From assembly GCF_037042905.1 (NCBI RefSeq), contig NC_087260.1, forward strand, positions 4,898,001 through 4,962,000: DNA of 64,000 nt, written 5' to 3'. Within the stretch, counting starts at the first letter, position 1; each line of letters begins with the position of its first letter. Both the position numbers and the translations under genes were made by a program. This DNA is from Lytechinus pictus. Its lineage: Eukaryota. Under the pieces are notes generated by a model. That model saw only the letters and a program-made list of their open reading frames with translations. It ran no database searches and had not been told where the DNA came from. Positions 24,931-38,400 of the stretch are shown here, piece after piece.

Positions 24931-25343
24931 ATTTTTACTTAGATTTTTCGTTAAAATAGGAATATGTCGATCCTTTTTTTTTAATAGACTCATATTCTGC
25001 TTCTCCGACTTCCATGAGGTAACAACTTAATTGATGAGCATTAAAGGGGTATCCGGGCTGAAAAATAATTATTTCTAAATGAATAAAGTAAAATTTATAA
25101 AGTAAAACGCTGGTAATTTCATCAAACTCTAATAACAAATGACGAAGTTATTGAATTTTACACTGTAGCAATATTGTGTGAAACGGTTATGCACACCGCC
25201 ATGAAGGTGCGCTCATGATTTCTTGTCCTTGTTGGAAATCATTCCCAAGCACCCCCCTCCCGAAGTAGTAGTTGATTTTATGCAAATAATTACTAGGCAA
25301 GCTTGGAATAACCTTTTTCTTTTTATGTTTTGTTTATCAATAG

Positions 25344-25534
25344 GAGAACTAAACGACAAAGAAGCGGATAAAATCATTCATTCTCCTCAACTCAACGTCA
25401 ACAAAAGGCAAAAACATTTCTTGCCGGAGACAAGAAAAATATTGGAAGAGTTCTACCAGCCGTATAACAAAGAAATGTCGCTGTTGATGAACGATGACAA
25501 ATTTCTATATCCTACACATCAGGCATCGAACTAG
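25344..25534 (+). CDS. CHST15-like sulfotransferase terminal coding exon
   Basis: TAG acceptor, phase 1; FLPETRKILEEFYQPYNKEMSLLMNDDKFLY...stop. Confidence 0.9.
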
Positions 25535-25559
25535 TGCGTTAACAAAAGGAAGATTAATA

Positions 25560-25855
25560 AATTATAATAATAATAATAGGTATTTATATAGCGCCATCTA
25601 TCTAGAAATAATCTATCCCGAGGCGCATTGTTATTGTTGTTATTATTACCGCAGCTTGAGCTCGAGCTACCTTCCAGCGCTCAGTGCATTCAAGGAAACA
25701 TTCCTACCGGGTACCTATTCACCTCACCTAGGTTGAGTGCAGCACAATATGGGCACATTTCTTGCTAAAGAAAAACACACGTCATGGCTGAAAATCGAAC
25801 CCTCAAACCTTTGATTGAAAGACGAGAGTCGTAACCACTCGACCACGACGCCCCC
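25560..25855 (-). mobile_element. tRNA-derived SINE, antisense in the sulfotransferase 3' UTR
   Basis: Reverse strand GGGGCGTCGTGGTCGAGTGG...GGTTCGATTTTC, shared SINE body, (ATT)n tail. Confidence 0.88.
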
Positions 25856-26339
25856 ACAGATTGAAGATTGAAGGCTAAAACCGAAGACCGAATACCGAAG
25901 AATAAAGATAAATTTCAAAATCCTACACATTAGGCGTCGTAGTTGGGTGTTTAAAAGGACATCGAAAACCGGAACCGAGAACCAAGACACGTACTCAGAA
26001 GACTTATATTCAGTTTATATATTTTCGGATGAAAATATCTTTCCCGAATCACACTATGCAGAAACATTACAAACAAAGAGAAATTGAGATAATCTTTTTT
26101 TTTTTTCATGGGGGCCTCGGTCTTCGTTTTATACACACCTTGCTACAGGTGTATAAAACGAAAACCGAAGAGCATTTATGGGGATGACTTTGTCCTGTAT
26201 ATGTATATCATTTTACTTCACAAACGTGAATGGAATTAAATAACATCCTGCTCAATACTCACTGCTTGCATGCTTGATTGATTGAAAGATTGATTAATGA
26301 GAGACCATCCTTTTGTTAAAGTTACTTTTCACCGTTTAT

Positions 26340-26952
26340 TCTGTTCTCCCCTTCCCGTTTCTCTCTTTTGCTTCTCTTTATCTCTCCCTCCCCTCTCTCT
26401 TTTTCTCTTCCATTCACATCTTTCCCTTCTCCTTTTCTCTTTCCCTTCTTTATGCTTTTTATTTTTCTATCTCTTCTTCCCTTTTTCCTCTTTACGTTTC
26501 CCTGCTATCTCTTCTCCTTCCCTCTCTTTCTTTCTTTCCTTCTTTTCTTTTCTTTCTCTTTTTCTTTTTGTCTTTTTTCACTTTCTTGTTCGACTCCCTT
26601 CCCTTTCCTTCCACTGTCCCATCTTTTCCCTTTACTCAATTTTCACCTTCCTTTTCTTTGGGGGTTGGGGTCCCATGGATCGAAGTAGTAGTAGTAGTAG
26701 TAGNNNNNNNNNNNNNNNNNNNNNNNNNNNNNNNNNNNNNNNNNNNNNNNNNNNNNNNNNNNNNNNNNNNNNNNNNNNNNNNNNNNNNNNNNNNNNNNNN
26801 NNNNNNNNNNNNNNNNNNNNNNNNNNNNNNNNNNNNNNNNNNNNNNNNNNNNNNNNNNNNNNNNNNNNNNNNNNNNNNNNNNNNNNNNNNTAGTCGTAGT
26901 AGTGGTAGTAGTAGTAGTAGGAGTAGTAGTAGTAGTCGTCGTAGTAGTAGTC

Positions 26953-26991
<39 letters not shown>

Positions 26992-27252
26992 ATATTAGTA
27001 GTAGTAGTAGTAGTAGTAGATTTAGTAANNNNNNNNNNNNNNNNNNNNNNNNNNNNNNNNNNNNNNNNNNNNNNNNNNNNNNNNNNNNNNNNNNNNNNNN
27101 NNNNNNNNNNNNNNNNNNNNNNNNNNNNNNNNNNNNNNNNNNNNNNNNNNNNNNNNNNNNNNNNNNNNNNNNNNNNNNNNNNNNNNNNNNNNNNNNNNNN
27201 NNNNNNNNNNNNNNNNNNNNNNNNNNNNNTAGTAGTAGTCGTAGTAGTAGTG

Positions 27253-27296
<44 letters not shown>

Positions 27297-27395
27297 TGTT
27301 GTAGTAGTAGTAGTAGTAGTAGAAGTAGTAGTAGCAGCAGCACTACTAGCAGTGGAAGTAGTAGTAGTTGTCACAGTAGTCGTCGTAATAATAGT
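26340..27395. repeat. CT-rich low-complexity tract and (TAG)n microsatellite with N runs
   Basis: Directly visible; source of the poly-S/V/L/T ORFs. Confidence 0.95.
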
Positions 27396-30300
27396 AGATG
27401 TTTTGCGTCGCCGCCAAGTGCCAACGACGATTTCTCACAAGTTCAAGAAGAGTCCCGGATGCGAAATTATTTTTCCCACCGCCGTTTAGGAACAGAATAT
27501 GAATATTCATGACTGATCTCCGTTTCGTAAAAGTAAGTCTTGATGAGTAGATTTACTTTCTCTTTCGTAATTCATAATGTAAATACATGTATATTTTAGC
27601 ACTAAGTTCATATCTACCCTAGATCTCGTGTTGTTAATACGCTTCTTTTCTCTAAATTAACAAGTTTAATTTACTCTTTTAGGCATGTTGAATGGTTATC
27701 TAACAACATCTAAACATTTACTATCAAGACGAATATCTGAAAACCTTGGTCATTGATGAAATGAATTTGCGGTACTAAACACGATCGTTTCAATTAAATC
27801 AAGAGCGCCATCTACAGTCGTAATTAAGAAAGATCATGCGACTGCCGTTACCGAGAACAGAACTTTGCCGTTCATTTCCTCAGTGAATGAATCAAAACTA
27901 TGGAAGCGCACAACATGGCAAACAAAGGTGAAAAAATATATTTAAAAAAAGTCGCTAGAGAGCAAAGGGAGTAAATGAAAATTTGACTTTTCGCAAATTT
28001 AAAATCTAATTTTATGTAATATGTAAACATGATGTATATCCAGAAAATCAGTTTAGATTTTGCCCTTTTCCCACGCATTTTTTCCCTCTTTTTTCTCTCT
28101 ATTGGGCAAGTCTCACTTCCCTTCATAATAGCATGCACTTTGGGCAGCTTTTAGACTATTTTCATTCTTATGCTCGCGGTCACAAGAAACATGAAAATAG
28201 AATGGAATCATTATTTTAGCATGTAATCAGGTTCTGAAAGGACACTGACCATTTTTTTATTAGGGGCGGGAGTTATTTTTTTATTGGAGGGGCAAATCAA
28301 TTTCAGCAGCTCCAATCCCTTATTTTTTTAACATTCAAAGCCATATTGAACACATTTGTTCCTGTTTCAATCTGTATAAAATATAATAGCCATATATGGC
28401 TATATATGGCTATATAGGTATACCGAAAATGGTATTACACCCCCCCCCCCTCCCCGGCCTTTATCTTAATTTCGCTTTGTTGATTTGTATTTACGTATAT
28501 GTATCATGCAATCTTTGCATGTATCATGAGGCATTTTTCATTATTTCGTGCGAACAAATTGAATTTCCATTTGTGCCTGATTGCATTATGGAAAATAGAA
28601 ATATCTGAATCTGAATAAGACACCAAACAGCAATATTGATTTATTACGTGATGCATCAAACATCAAGCAGTGCTTGAACTCTGAAACTTTCAAACATTAC
28701 CTTAAAACATTTCTCTTTAATTCTTCTTAATTTCTTTTATAATTTCCTAAAAAGCGCCTCGAGCACTCTACAGAGTGGATTTGGCGCGATATAAGTCTAA
28801 TTATTATTATTATTATTATTAAATATGATATAGGACTACCTGTACGCTACTGTAAAATCAAGTCGTATTGTCCTATCGTTCCATGTGCATAATGCACGTC
28901 TGGGCAAGGAGCGCGTATTGGGGGACACTCAATATTATGGGGAAATTTATAATAGCTTTTAGATTTTAATTTGTGACGTTTAACGTGAGCAGTTCCCCCA
29001 TATCTCCTCAATTCCAACATTTTCATAGAACTTGATGATTTTTTTTTATAGAAAGAAGTATTAAATCACTTAAGTACCCTGCGCAAAATAACAACGTCCA
29101 TTCATTTCTTTAAATTGTATTTAGGGGAGTTTACATTGCAAAACATAACATGGAGCTACGCACCGGTGACGTCACAAAACCAAAGCCTCAAAAATTCATA
29201 ATTCCGTTTTTCTAACCGATTTTTATATTAAAATTTCGACATACCTTTTTTCTGATATTAATTGAATCAATTTAACGTTTGGGTGGAATTCCACTTTAAT
29301 ACTCCCCCTCCCCCTCTTGAACTGAGAGTGGTCAAATAAGTTTTTTTTCAATTAAAATGCTATTCTTGAGTGTTGGATTTAAGGTGTCAAAAGTCTACAA
29401 ATCCCTAAAAATGAGGTGTTGATAAGTATTTTATTTTTAGAAACGAGGTAAAACAATTATCTGGTATATATTTTGAGACTCTGTTTATTTCCTTATAATT
29501 TAGGATATCCCCCATATTAGTGTCGATTATTGTGCTATCAAAAATATCTTGACACTGGGCATATATTATTTTATTCTTTTGATAATTTCGATAAATGATA
29601 AGAGTCAACGTGAAAATAGGCCTAAAGTGGGGTAAGAGGACCTCGACAAAAATTATGAAATTAAAACTATACGTGTTTATTGAGATTACTTTTTGTAATC
29701 CGATTCTTTTAATTAGGTACTCCTTGGGCCAATCGTACTTTACAATCCCTCTAAAATTACAATATGATTATTTCATAGTAGTAAATCAAATTTCTATTAA
29801 TGGGATTTGATCATCATTTTTGTTCTCATATGGAGTCTGACATTTAAAATTATGGACCTACCTAATTGATGAATCGATTGAAATTACAAAAAGTAGGAAA
29901 TCTTACAGAAATTAATTGTAAGCAAAAAACAAATACATGAATAAATTCACAGCGCCCTGGAAGAGAAAGTTTGAAATATTAAACATATCCACCATTTTCT
30001 AAAATTGTTCCTCTTTACATTTCACGAATTGAGACTTTTGAAAATTAAAAAAAAATGATGAGTGTAAACATTTCCAGGATTTCTGACGTGCATTTTGGGG
30101 ATTTCATGAACAAGGTCTGCACCGAGAAAACTACAAGTAAGCTAAGACCCGCCCTAATTGTTTTAATGCATCCATTACCAGCCGGCACTATTTTAAAAAT
30201 GTATAGACTAATACGTGTTGCTAGATTCCATAAATTACGCCATTTTGAATTCGTCAATATCATTTCATAGTGCAAGGTACCGCTGTCTGTAGGTCTAAAG

Positions 30301-30507
30301 GATAATTAAATAAATATGACTGAAACTAAAGTAAAGGCTTATTGGAAGCGAGGGATATATGACAGATTGGATGGTAGAATAGAAACAACCACCGTACCTC
30401 CCAGTAAGTAGATCTGAAAACCAACTGCTAGCGTTGTCGTTCCTGTTATGTATTATTACATGTACCCTTGGGGGTCTAGAATCTAGACCCTATCCTCGAG
30501 TCTAACT

Positions 30508-31061
30508 CAGGGGCGGCGGAGCGAAGTTGAAAGTATGAAAGTTGAAAGCACAGGGGAAAATTGGCACCTTTTCTTTCGAAAAGGGCACTTTCTTGAAAAA
30601 AAGGTCTACAGCGGTGTAAGAAGCCAAAATTTTTAAGGGGGCAAGAAATGTCGTAGGAAGCTACGAGCGAGCAAAAATTTTGATATTTTAAAATGAAAAC
30701 CCAATTTAAAGATAGATTTTGACATAATATTCAGAAAATAAACTTAAGACACGTTAGATTATTCTGACAATTATTTTCCCTTCATAAGTAGTATGAGAAG
30801 ATTGTTGTCTTGTTTCACACGAAACGGGTCCTTCTCAGATATGAAATGGACACAGAACACGTTCGTGAGGGGCACTTTTCTTGGTTAAATAGGGGAACTG
30901 ATTCAAGAAAGGGCATTTACAAGAAAGCAAGGGGCACTTGCTCACACATAAAACGGGTCCTTCTCAGGTGAAAGGGGCATTTTCCTTGCATGAAAGGGGC
31001 ACTTTTCAGTGCTTCAAATAGTGGGGGTGGGAACTGTGCCCTTCCAGGATCACCGCCCCTG
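30508..31061. mobile_element. Non-autonomous hAT element with AAGGGGCAC repeats
   Basis: CAGGGGCGG / CCGCCCCTG termini; degenerate TSD GTCTAACT/GTTTTACT. Confidence 0.7.
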
Positions 31062-31444
31062 GTTTTACTCTAGTATAATTCATAAAAGGAAAGTCCAGTC
31101 GTGGCCACTGCTTGCACTACAGTGTCACTTTTTCTGAATAACAAAACATACTTTACTTAGGCCTACTTTACTTTTAATCCAACGTTGCTTGTAGGACTAT
31201 GCCTGTTTATCAGTCCAGGGAATAAACTGTATGCTTCACACTGTCAGTTTCAATTAGTTGCATGTGGCAAGATATAAAATCCATTACTCAAAATCATACA
31301 CAAAAGCAATATCCTTTCAGTGATTATCAAGCCAATTCTAAAAGGAATTTACAGAAGGTGCTGAAACCACATTTTTTGGTAGACTGTTCAAAGAACGTAA
31401 AACGCGATTTGAAAAGAAGAACCTCCTTACATCAAGCCTTGCAA

Positions 31445-32068
31445 ATTGCTTTATTTATTTATTTCAAATATCGAAAAGAAGGGTAGCCCAATCAGCAACA
31501 AACACAAATATAAAACATGGTGACATATTCAAATATAAACAAAGCATAAAAAATAATATTGAAAAATGATATAATGAAATAATCATAATAATGGAAATAA
31601 CAAAATAAATAAAATATGATACTGTACAGATGTTACCTAAAAGGAAACAAAAATTCTATATGTACATGAAATGAGATGAAATATGTACAAATTGAGGAGA
31701 AAGAATAGAATAAATTCCACCATTGGACCCTTTAAACATATCAAAGGTTTTTTCCCATTTTGCCATTTCCCGTTTAAACTGTTTAATGTTTTCTATGAAT
31801 CGGAGATGTTCGGGTAATTCATTCCAATGCAATGGGCCTGTGACAAAAGAGATTTCTGGTAAAAGGTTGCACGGGCATATGGCACCCTGATTATCATCTT
31901 ATTTGTGCTCCTTGTTGTTTGAGAGGATACTTTCTCTATATAAATAAACTTATCACAAAGCACCTGAGGAGCAGCTTCGTGTAAACATTTATGAACCATT
32001 AAGCAAGATGCTATAAAAAGACATTTTTGGCCGAGATAATATTTTGAAAATTTAGAGAAATTAGATAC
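31445..32068 (-). mobile_element. LINE (L2/CR1 group) 3' fragment
   Basis: MVHKCLHEAAPQVLCDKF...TRST...VPYARATFYQKS; (TAAA)n tail. Confidence 0.65.
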
Positions 32069-32073
32069 CGTGT

Positions 32074-33603
32074 TGTTGCGGCATGAAATATAATAGGGTC
32101 TGAAACCCAAGCCTATTAATGAACAAAGTTACCTGTATGCAAAGTTATTTTATGTCTATTGGTTAGGATCTCACTTTCCTCTCCTGGTGACAAAATGTTT
32201 CTAAATGTACTAATTCTGGTTGGTCAAGTATACCATGCCCAGTGTATAATCAGGTAGCAACAGTAATCCAATTGGTCAACACATTGGCCAAGCATGCAAA
32301 TTAAACATGACTCAGAGATACCAAGAAATAGGAGATACCACAAAGTTATCCCACTTGGCATCAGAAGACAAAGGAAAGTTCCACAGTCAAGACGTGTTCA
32401 CCATTTTGTTATAAAACTTGAAGAAAATTGCATAGATTTGGAGGTCAAACAATTGGTGAGTTGAAATTATATTATTTGTATAGTTATACATATTTGTACT
32501 GATAATCTCGTACTAGTTAAGGGACTTTCTTCTGTATTTAAACCATAAATATTGTTGCTTGTCATGAAGTTGTGATGACTGCATCTCAGTCGAGTATATA
32601 TACTACTCCGCCTAATGTTATATAATACTTCTTTAAGTTAAGAAGGGATAAATTCTGGTTCTGATTGTAATAATGTATATGAATTAATGCATCTCTCTTA
32701 TGTGTAATTAAGTTAATAGACATTACATTACTCTGATTATTAGTATTTGATATACATGTATTAGTAATTCTAAATGAGGTTTCCTAAGAGGATTGCTAGA
32801 GTGAGAGAGACGGAGAGAGAGAGAGAGAGAAAGAGAAAGTTTGACCATATACGTGCACACACACAAGTGCACCTACTATTAAGTCTTTGTTCTGGAGTGT
32901 ACAGATTTGTCAATGGGCAAAAGTTGTGGCTAGGCTGTCAACTTGACGGTTGTCATGGGTACGAAGTTCTGACCATGACTGGGGTCTGTTTACACAACTG
33001 CTTGTGTTTAGTAGTATCATGATTAAAGTTAGTATCGATTTATCTTTGGTATATGATGAGTTTAAGTTCATATTTTAGTTATTATGTTGTATCATCATTG
33101 TATATATACCTGAGCGATATGTATTAGATTGTTATAGTCTTGTTTATGTTTTACTAGTTATCAAGAAGATATTCTGTTGTCGTTAGTTGTTTGATAATGA
33201 TTGTTAATCATGTATTTATCATATGTTTATCTTCTTTCTTATATTTCAGCAAACCACTCACTCACTCAATACACTCGCTTACTACACTCAGTTCATTTAC
33301 TAGCTTCGTTCACTACACTGTTCACTATTCTGTACAGTTGTTCGTCATTTAATTATTCATCTGTATACTTCATTTACGCTCAACTCCGTCAAGTTATTAA
33401 ACTGTTTACATCTTTCGCTTATGATTTGTAAACTGCTTCGATACCTGGAGAATTGTTGATTGCTGTGATTAAATGAAGCATAACTGTATGGAATTGTGTT
33501 CCTGAACTGTTTATTTCGAGTGCGTTCGGAATATCGACCATCAAATTTATAACTACCATCCTACTTTAAACTCCTGTGGCTTAATTTGTTTACAGAAGTC
33601 ACA
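32074..33603 (+). repeat. Complete 1530-bp LTR, inverted relative to the element body
   Basis: TGTTGCGG...AAGTCACA; reverse complement of 33617-35146 (one mismatch seen, 32152 vs 35068). Confidence 0.95.
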
Positions 33604-33616
33604 TAATGGTCCATTA

Positions 33617-35146
33617 TGTGACTTCTGTAAACAAATTAAGCCACAGGAGTTTAAAGTAGGATGGTAGTTATAAATTTGATGGTCGATATTCCGAACGCAC
33701 TCGAAATAAACAGTTCAGGAACACAATTCCATACAGTTATGCTTCATTTAATCACAGCAATCAACAATTCTCCAGGTATCGAAGCAGTTTACAAATCATA
33801 AGCGAAAGATGTAAACAGTTTAATAACTTGACGGAGTTGAGCGTAAATGAAGTATACAGATGAATAATTAAATGACGAACAACTGTACAGAATAGTGAAC
33901 AGTGTAGTGAACGAAGCTAGTAAATGAACTGAGTGTAGTAAGCGAGTGTATTGAGTGAGTGAGTGGTTTGCTGAAATATAAGAAAGAAGATAAACATATG
34001 ATAAATACATGATTAACAATCATTATCAAACAACTAACGACAACAGAATATCTTCTTGATAACTAGTAAAACATAAACAAGACTATAACAATCTAATACA
34101 TATCGCTCAGGTATATATACAATGATGATACAACATAATAACTAAAATATGAACTTAAACTCATCATATACCAAAGATAAATCGATACTAACTTTAATCA
34201 TGATACTACTAAACACAAGCAGTTGTGTAAACAGACCCCAGTCATGGTCAGAACTTCGTACCCATGACAACCGTCAAGTTGACAGCCTAGCCACAACTTT
34301 TGCCCATTGACAAATCTGTACACTCCAGAACAAAGACTTAATAGTAGGTGCACTTGTGTGTGTGCACGTATATGGTCAAACTTTCTCTTTCTCTCTCTCT
34401 CTCTCTCCGTCTCTCTCACTCTAGCAATCCTCTTAGGAAACCTCATTTAGAATTACTAATACATGTATATCAAATACTAATAATCAGAGTAATGTAATGT
34501 CTATTAACTTAATTACACATAAGAGAGATGCATTAATTCATATACATTATTACAATCAGAACCAGAATTTATCCCTTCTTAACTTAAAGAAGTATTATAT
34601 AACATTAGGCGGAGTAGTATATATACTCGACTGAGATGCAGTCATCACAACTTCATGACAAGCAACAATATTTATGGTTTAAATACAGAAGAAAGTCCCT
34701 TAACTAGTACGAGATTATCAGTACAAATATGTATAACTATACAAATAATATAATTTCAACTCACCAATTGTTTGACCTCCAAATCTATGCAATTTTCTTC
34801 AAGTTTTATAACAAAATGGTGAACACGTCTTGACTGTGGAACTTTCCTTTGTCTTCTGATGCCAAGTGGGATAACTTTGTGGTATCTCCTATTTCTTGGT
34901 ATCTCTGAGTCATGTTTAATTTGCATGCTTGGCCAATGTGTTGACCAATTGGATTACTGTTGCTACCTGATTATACACTGGGCATGGTATACTTGACCAA
35001 CCAGAATTAGTACATTTAGAAACATTTTGTCACCAGGAGAGGAAAGTGAGATCCTAACCAATAGACACAAAATAACTTTGCATACAGGTAACTTTGTTCA
35101 TTAATAGGCTTGGGTTTCAGACCCTATTATATTTCATGCCGCAACA
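33617..35146 (-). repeat. 3' LTR (1530 bp) of the BEL/Pao element
   Basis: Preceded on the - strand by the PPT-like TTGGGGCCGGTA (35147-35158); TGT...ACA termini. Confidence 0.95.
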
Positions 35147-35421
35147 TACCGGCCCCAATGGGCTGACTCACCCATAAGCTCATTCCTACCATTAGAACGC
35201 GGCATATATAAACAATACAAGTATGAACAAAACAAACATAACATTATAACAATAATCAACTAGAATGCATATCCAAATGACTTCAAACAATCAATGACCT
35301 GTAGCTATATCTTTCTACATACATATCTAAATCACAATTAAATATTGGGACCCAGAAAACAAAACTCAGAATAAATAGCATTCACTATTATTTACTACAA
35401 CATTAAATAATTTGCCATTAT

Positions 35422-38400
35422 TTAGGGAGCACCCTTCCCTTCCTCCAAAAGGCAAAGTTTTGAAATTGGACGCCGGAAATATTTTGAACCTATCCTAACC
35501 TCGACCTGCCTTACCCTACCTTGCTTGTCTGGATAAGTGGCCACAATTTTCCCCAAAGGCCACTGCCCACGAGGTGCATTATCGTCCGCCACCAAGACGA
35601 GGTCGTCTTGTTCGAAGTTTCTTTTTTCCCTGGTCCATTTCTGTCTCGGTTGAAGGAGTGGAAGATATTCCTTAACCCATCGCTTCCAAAACTGATCCGC
35701 GATGAATTGGACATGGCGCCATCTCCTTCTGCCATAGCTTTCATCCTTTGTGAAGATGCCGGGTGGCAAGGATGGATTATTCCTCAATAGCAGGAGATGG
35801 TTTGGGGTCAAAGGCTCCTCATCCTTTGGATCCATGCTCAATGGGGTGAGTGGGCGTGCGTTTAGGATAGCCTCTACTTCCGTCATCAGCGTAACTAATG
35901 CCTCATCCGACATAACTTGTTGATGAAGTAGGCCTCCTAGTATTTTGCGCACTGAGCGTATTACACGTTCCCACACTCCTCCCATATGGCTGGCTAGAGG
36001 AGGATTGAAGCGCCACTCAATGCCCTTTTGGGTTAAGAGATTCCCAACCTTAGAGTCATTGAGTGCAGCCAGACTTTCCTTCAATTCTTTATGTCCGCCC
36101 TTAAAGTTTGTTCCATTGTCGCTGAATACCTGATCCGGTTTTCCTCTGCGATTGATGAATCTTCTCAGGGCGCAAATGAAGGAATCTGTGTCAAGAGAAC
36201 AGGCAATCTCTATGTGAACGGCTCTTGACGCAAGACAAGTCAATAGACATGCATATCTCTTCACCTCACTGCGTCCCCTCTTAACCATGAAAGGCCCAAA
36301 GAAGTCCACCCCTGTAGAGGTGAACGGTGGTTTATCTGGTGTCACTCTCTCAGCTGGAAGATCTGCCATGAACTGTTCGCCTCGACGGGAACTTCTCCTT
36401 TTGCACTTCATACACCTTTGAAGTACCTTGCGAACAGTGGCTCCTCCTCTGACTATCCAGAACCTTTCTCTTATGGCTGATAAGGTTATGACCGCTCCTG
36501 AGTGCCCAACCTCTTCATGATAGTGTTGGATAATCAAGTCAGTCACATGATTATCTCTTGGGAGTATAGCAGGGTGTTTTGCATCTTCTGCAAGAGTAGA
36601 TCTTGAAAGTCTACCACCAACTTTCAGTACTCCACCAGTGATGATGGGATTCAGTTTGTCCAGAGGACCTGAGGCCTTTTGCCGCCTTGTTGGTTCCCCT
36701 GATCCAGTCATCACTTCTGAAGGAAATGATCTCAGCTGAACTTGTTTAGTAATTTCAAGTTCAGCCTCTTTCAATTCCTCTGCAGTGAGTCCTCGAGGTA
36801 GCCTTGCTGCTGCATCTCGATTTCTCAAGAACATCTTATACCGAAGTACCCAAGCGAAGGCTCCTTTGAGTCTATTCCAGGATGAATACCTGGTCAACAG
36901 TTCTTGCACACTGTCATTTGTTACGACAGTGTTCACATGAACTCTGTCTTTCTTTACTTCCAGGTCATCCTTCTTCAGTTCTCCCAAGATGGCTGGAGAA
37001 GATGGCCAGTTTTCTTCCTCTTGTTTGAGGAAGTCGGGTCCTGAGAGCCATCTTGGATTCGTGATAAGATCCTGAGCCTTCAAACCTCGCGATCCATCAT
37101 CAGCTGGATTGAGTTTAGTGTTCACATGTCGCCACTGGCTCAGTTCTGTTACCTCACGAATCTTAGCAACTCTATTTGCTACAAAGGTATGGAACCTTCG
37201 GCTCTCATTTTGGATGTACATGAGAACAGAAGTTGAATCTGTCCAGTACGTTGTGGTAGCAATCGGTAACCTTAATTCCTCTTGAATCATGTGATTCATG
37301 TCAACAGCTAGTACAGCTGCTGCCAATTCAAGCCTTGGTATTGAGGTGACCTTCAAGGGACTGAGTCTAGACTTACCACAAACAAATGAGCAATGTATGC
37401 GACCAGCAGAATCCTCTAAGCGTAGGTAAGCCACAGCTGCATACCCAAGCTCTGATGCATCGCAGAAATAGTGGAGCTGGTAAAGTACTTGATCTTCAAG
37501 TATTTCTGGTTTGAGACATCTTGGTATCTTTATCTCTGTCAGTCTGGGAAGATCATCAAGCCATTCTTGCCAGGTCTGGAGATCCTTTTCATCCACTGGT
37601 TCATCCCATGCTAGACCTTTCTGGCAGATGCCTTGCAGAAGAACCTTGGCTACCAAGATGAAAGGTGCTAGGAACCCAAGGGGGTCGTATAAAGAGCTTA
37701 CCTTAGACAGTATCCCTCGCCTGGTTGCAGGTCTGTCCTTCAGACTCACCTTAAAGCCGAACCTGTCGGAATCGACATCCCACAACACTCCTAGCGTTCT
37801 CTCGATTGGGAGAGTATCCAGATCCATATCAATTACAGATGGAGCCTTTTCTGTGTCAGGTATTGAGTTAAGCACTTCTCTACTATTACTTACCCATTTT
37901 GTTAAGCGGAATCCTCCTTTCTGCAGAAGACCTCTCAGTTGCTGGACTAGCCTCACCCCATCTTTGTCAGAGGGTACTGATTTGAGGCAGTCATCGACAT
38001 AGAAGTTGTCCAGCACTGTGTTGACGACGTCTTCGTCATATTCATGTCGGTTATCTTCTGCAGTTCTTCTAAGAGCAAATCCTGCGCAGCTCGGTGATGA
38101 CGTTGCACCAAAAAGATGCACCTTCATTCGATACTCTACCGGTTCTGTGGCCAGGTTACCATTTTCCCACCATAGGAAGCGGAGAGCATCGCAATCTTTC
38201 TTCGGCACCTTTACCTGATGAAACATTGCCTCTACGTCACCAACAACTGCCACAGGTTCCTCCCTGAATCGCAGGAGTACACCAACTAAGCTATTGGTGT
38301 GGTCGGGTCCTTGCAGCAATGTGTCATTTAGTGAAGTTCCACGATACTTTGCTGCACAGTCGAACACAACTCTTACCTTGTCAGGTTTGTGAGGATGAAC

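Noticed and set aside
26297-27512. Long poly-S/V/L/T and Phe/Leu/Ser-rich ORFs (also 50440-50928 and 55135-55878)
   Set aside because: Translations of microsatellites, CT-rich tracts and N runs
32774-34446. Identical 76-aa and 82-aa ORFs repeated on both strands (also 41453-41683)
   Set aside because: By-products of the three LTR copies, with no protein-like features
32074-35146. Two independent LTR insertions tail to tail, or a DIRS-type inverted-repeat element
   Set aside because: Neither LTR has its own TSD, the spacer is itself palindromic, and the ORF encodes a DDE integrase, not a tyrosine recombinase
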